Source: Octopus sinensis
Taxonomy: Eukaryota
Direction: 5' to 3'
Assembly (NCBI RefSeq): GCF_006345805.1
Contig: NC_043011.1
Span: 1,116,001 to 1,180,000 of the forward strand
DNA length: 64,000 nt
The notes under the pieces: model-generated
What the model was told of the DNA's origin: nothing
The model's database searches: none
What the model saw: only the letters and a program-made list of their open reading frames with translations
In this document: piece after piece, positions 63,216-64,000 of the stretch
How positions within the stretch are numbered: position 1 is the stretch's first letter
Layout of the letters: each line of letters starts with the position of its first letter
Position numbers and translations under genes: made by a program

Positions 63216-63399
63216 TGGTGGCATGTAAAAAGCACCCACTACACTCGCGGAGTGGTTGGCGTTAGGAAGGGCATCCAGCCGTAGAAACTCTGCCAAATCA
63301 GACTGGAGCCTGGAGCAGCCCCTGACTTCCCAGATCCCGGTTGAACCGTCCAACCCGTGCTAGCGCGGAAAACGGACGTTAAACGATGATGATGATGAT
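63216..63399 (+). mobile_element. RTE 3' end fragment
   Basis: Tail plus (GAT)n. Confidence 0.88.
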
Positions 63400-64000
63400 A
63401 TAGTCAATAAAATTAATGCTCACTTATTACTTGTAATTATTTTATAAACCCCCACACTAATTAAATGCATTGCTGTGTACTTGGGAAATATAAAGTAAAT
63501 AGGATTCTGTTGGCTTTGATTATAAATAGTAAGTTGTTTGATCAACTGAATTACTTGCTCATTGAATGTTCAGAATACCTGTAGCCTTAACTTAATTCTT
63601 AAGCAATTACCAGCAATGATAAAGTGTGTCAAGGATGGGCCTTTAAATTATAGGCATGATCTATCTTTCAGGCTTCCACATATTTCATCTTTACAATTTC
63701 ATATAAAAAACTTAAGTCAAATACACTTGTTAAATACACTTGCTTAAATTCCATACACTAGGATTGAACAGAGGACCTCATGAATGTGAAGTGAACCTTT
63801 AAAACCAATTGCCCATGCTACATTCAACCAAGAAAATATCAGCAGCTGTTTGCTGTAAACAGATTAGCTTAAGACCCTGCAGTTCACTTATAAAAGCAGC
63901 TGGGTTCTTAATGATTTACTTTTAGCTACAGTTTTCATTGATGTACTCCTTAAAGTCTTTTGTTACTCAGAGTCCCATGATCTCTGAGCCAGAACTTGTT

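Overview
AT-rich eukaryotic DNA dominated by transposable elements. The SINE, RTE and mariner families look like those of Octopus (inference from recalled repeat families, not a search). No host gene can be confidently identified; only weak splice-site-bounded candidate exons are seen. Contents: about 15 copies of one tRNA-derived SINE, three other SINE types, a 5'-truncated RTE LINE with an open RT ORF plus older or shorter RTE pieces, CR1-, RTEX-, R4/Dong- and Penelope-like fragments, nine Tc1/mariner relics, piggyBac- and Merlin-like MITEs, and several foldback palindromes. The most interesting spot is 30.1-32.3 kb. A Penelope-like element there ends in a type I hammerhead ribozyme motif (31465-31530, +). 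Right after it, a 552-bp unit sits in a (TA)n tract, with identical 156-bp direct repeats (1.39 copies of a 396-nt monomer) and an unrelated type I hammerhead motif with a palindromic stem III on the - strand. That unit is a candidate cephalopod retrozyme, i.e. a circular-RNA-derived retroelement. All structures were folded by eye and none has been computed or tested.
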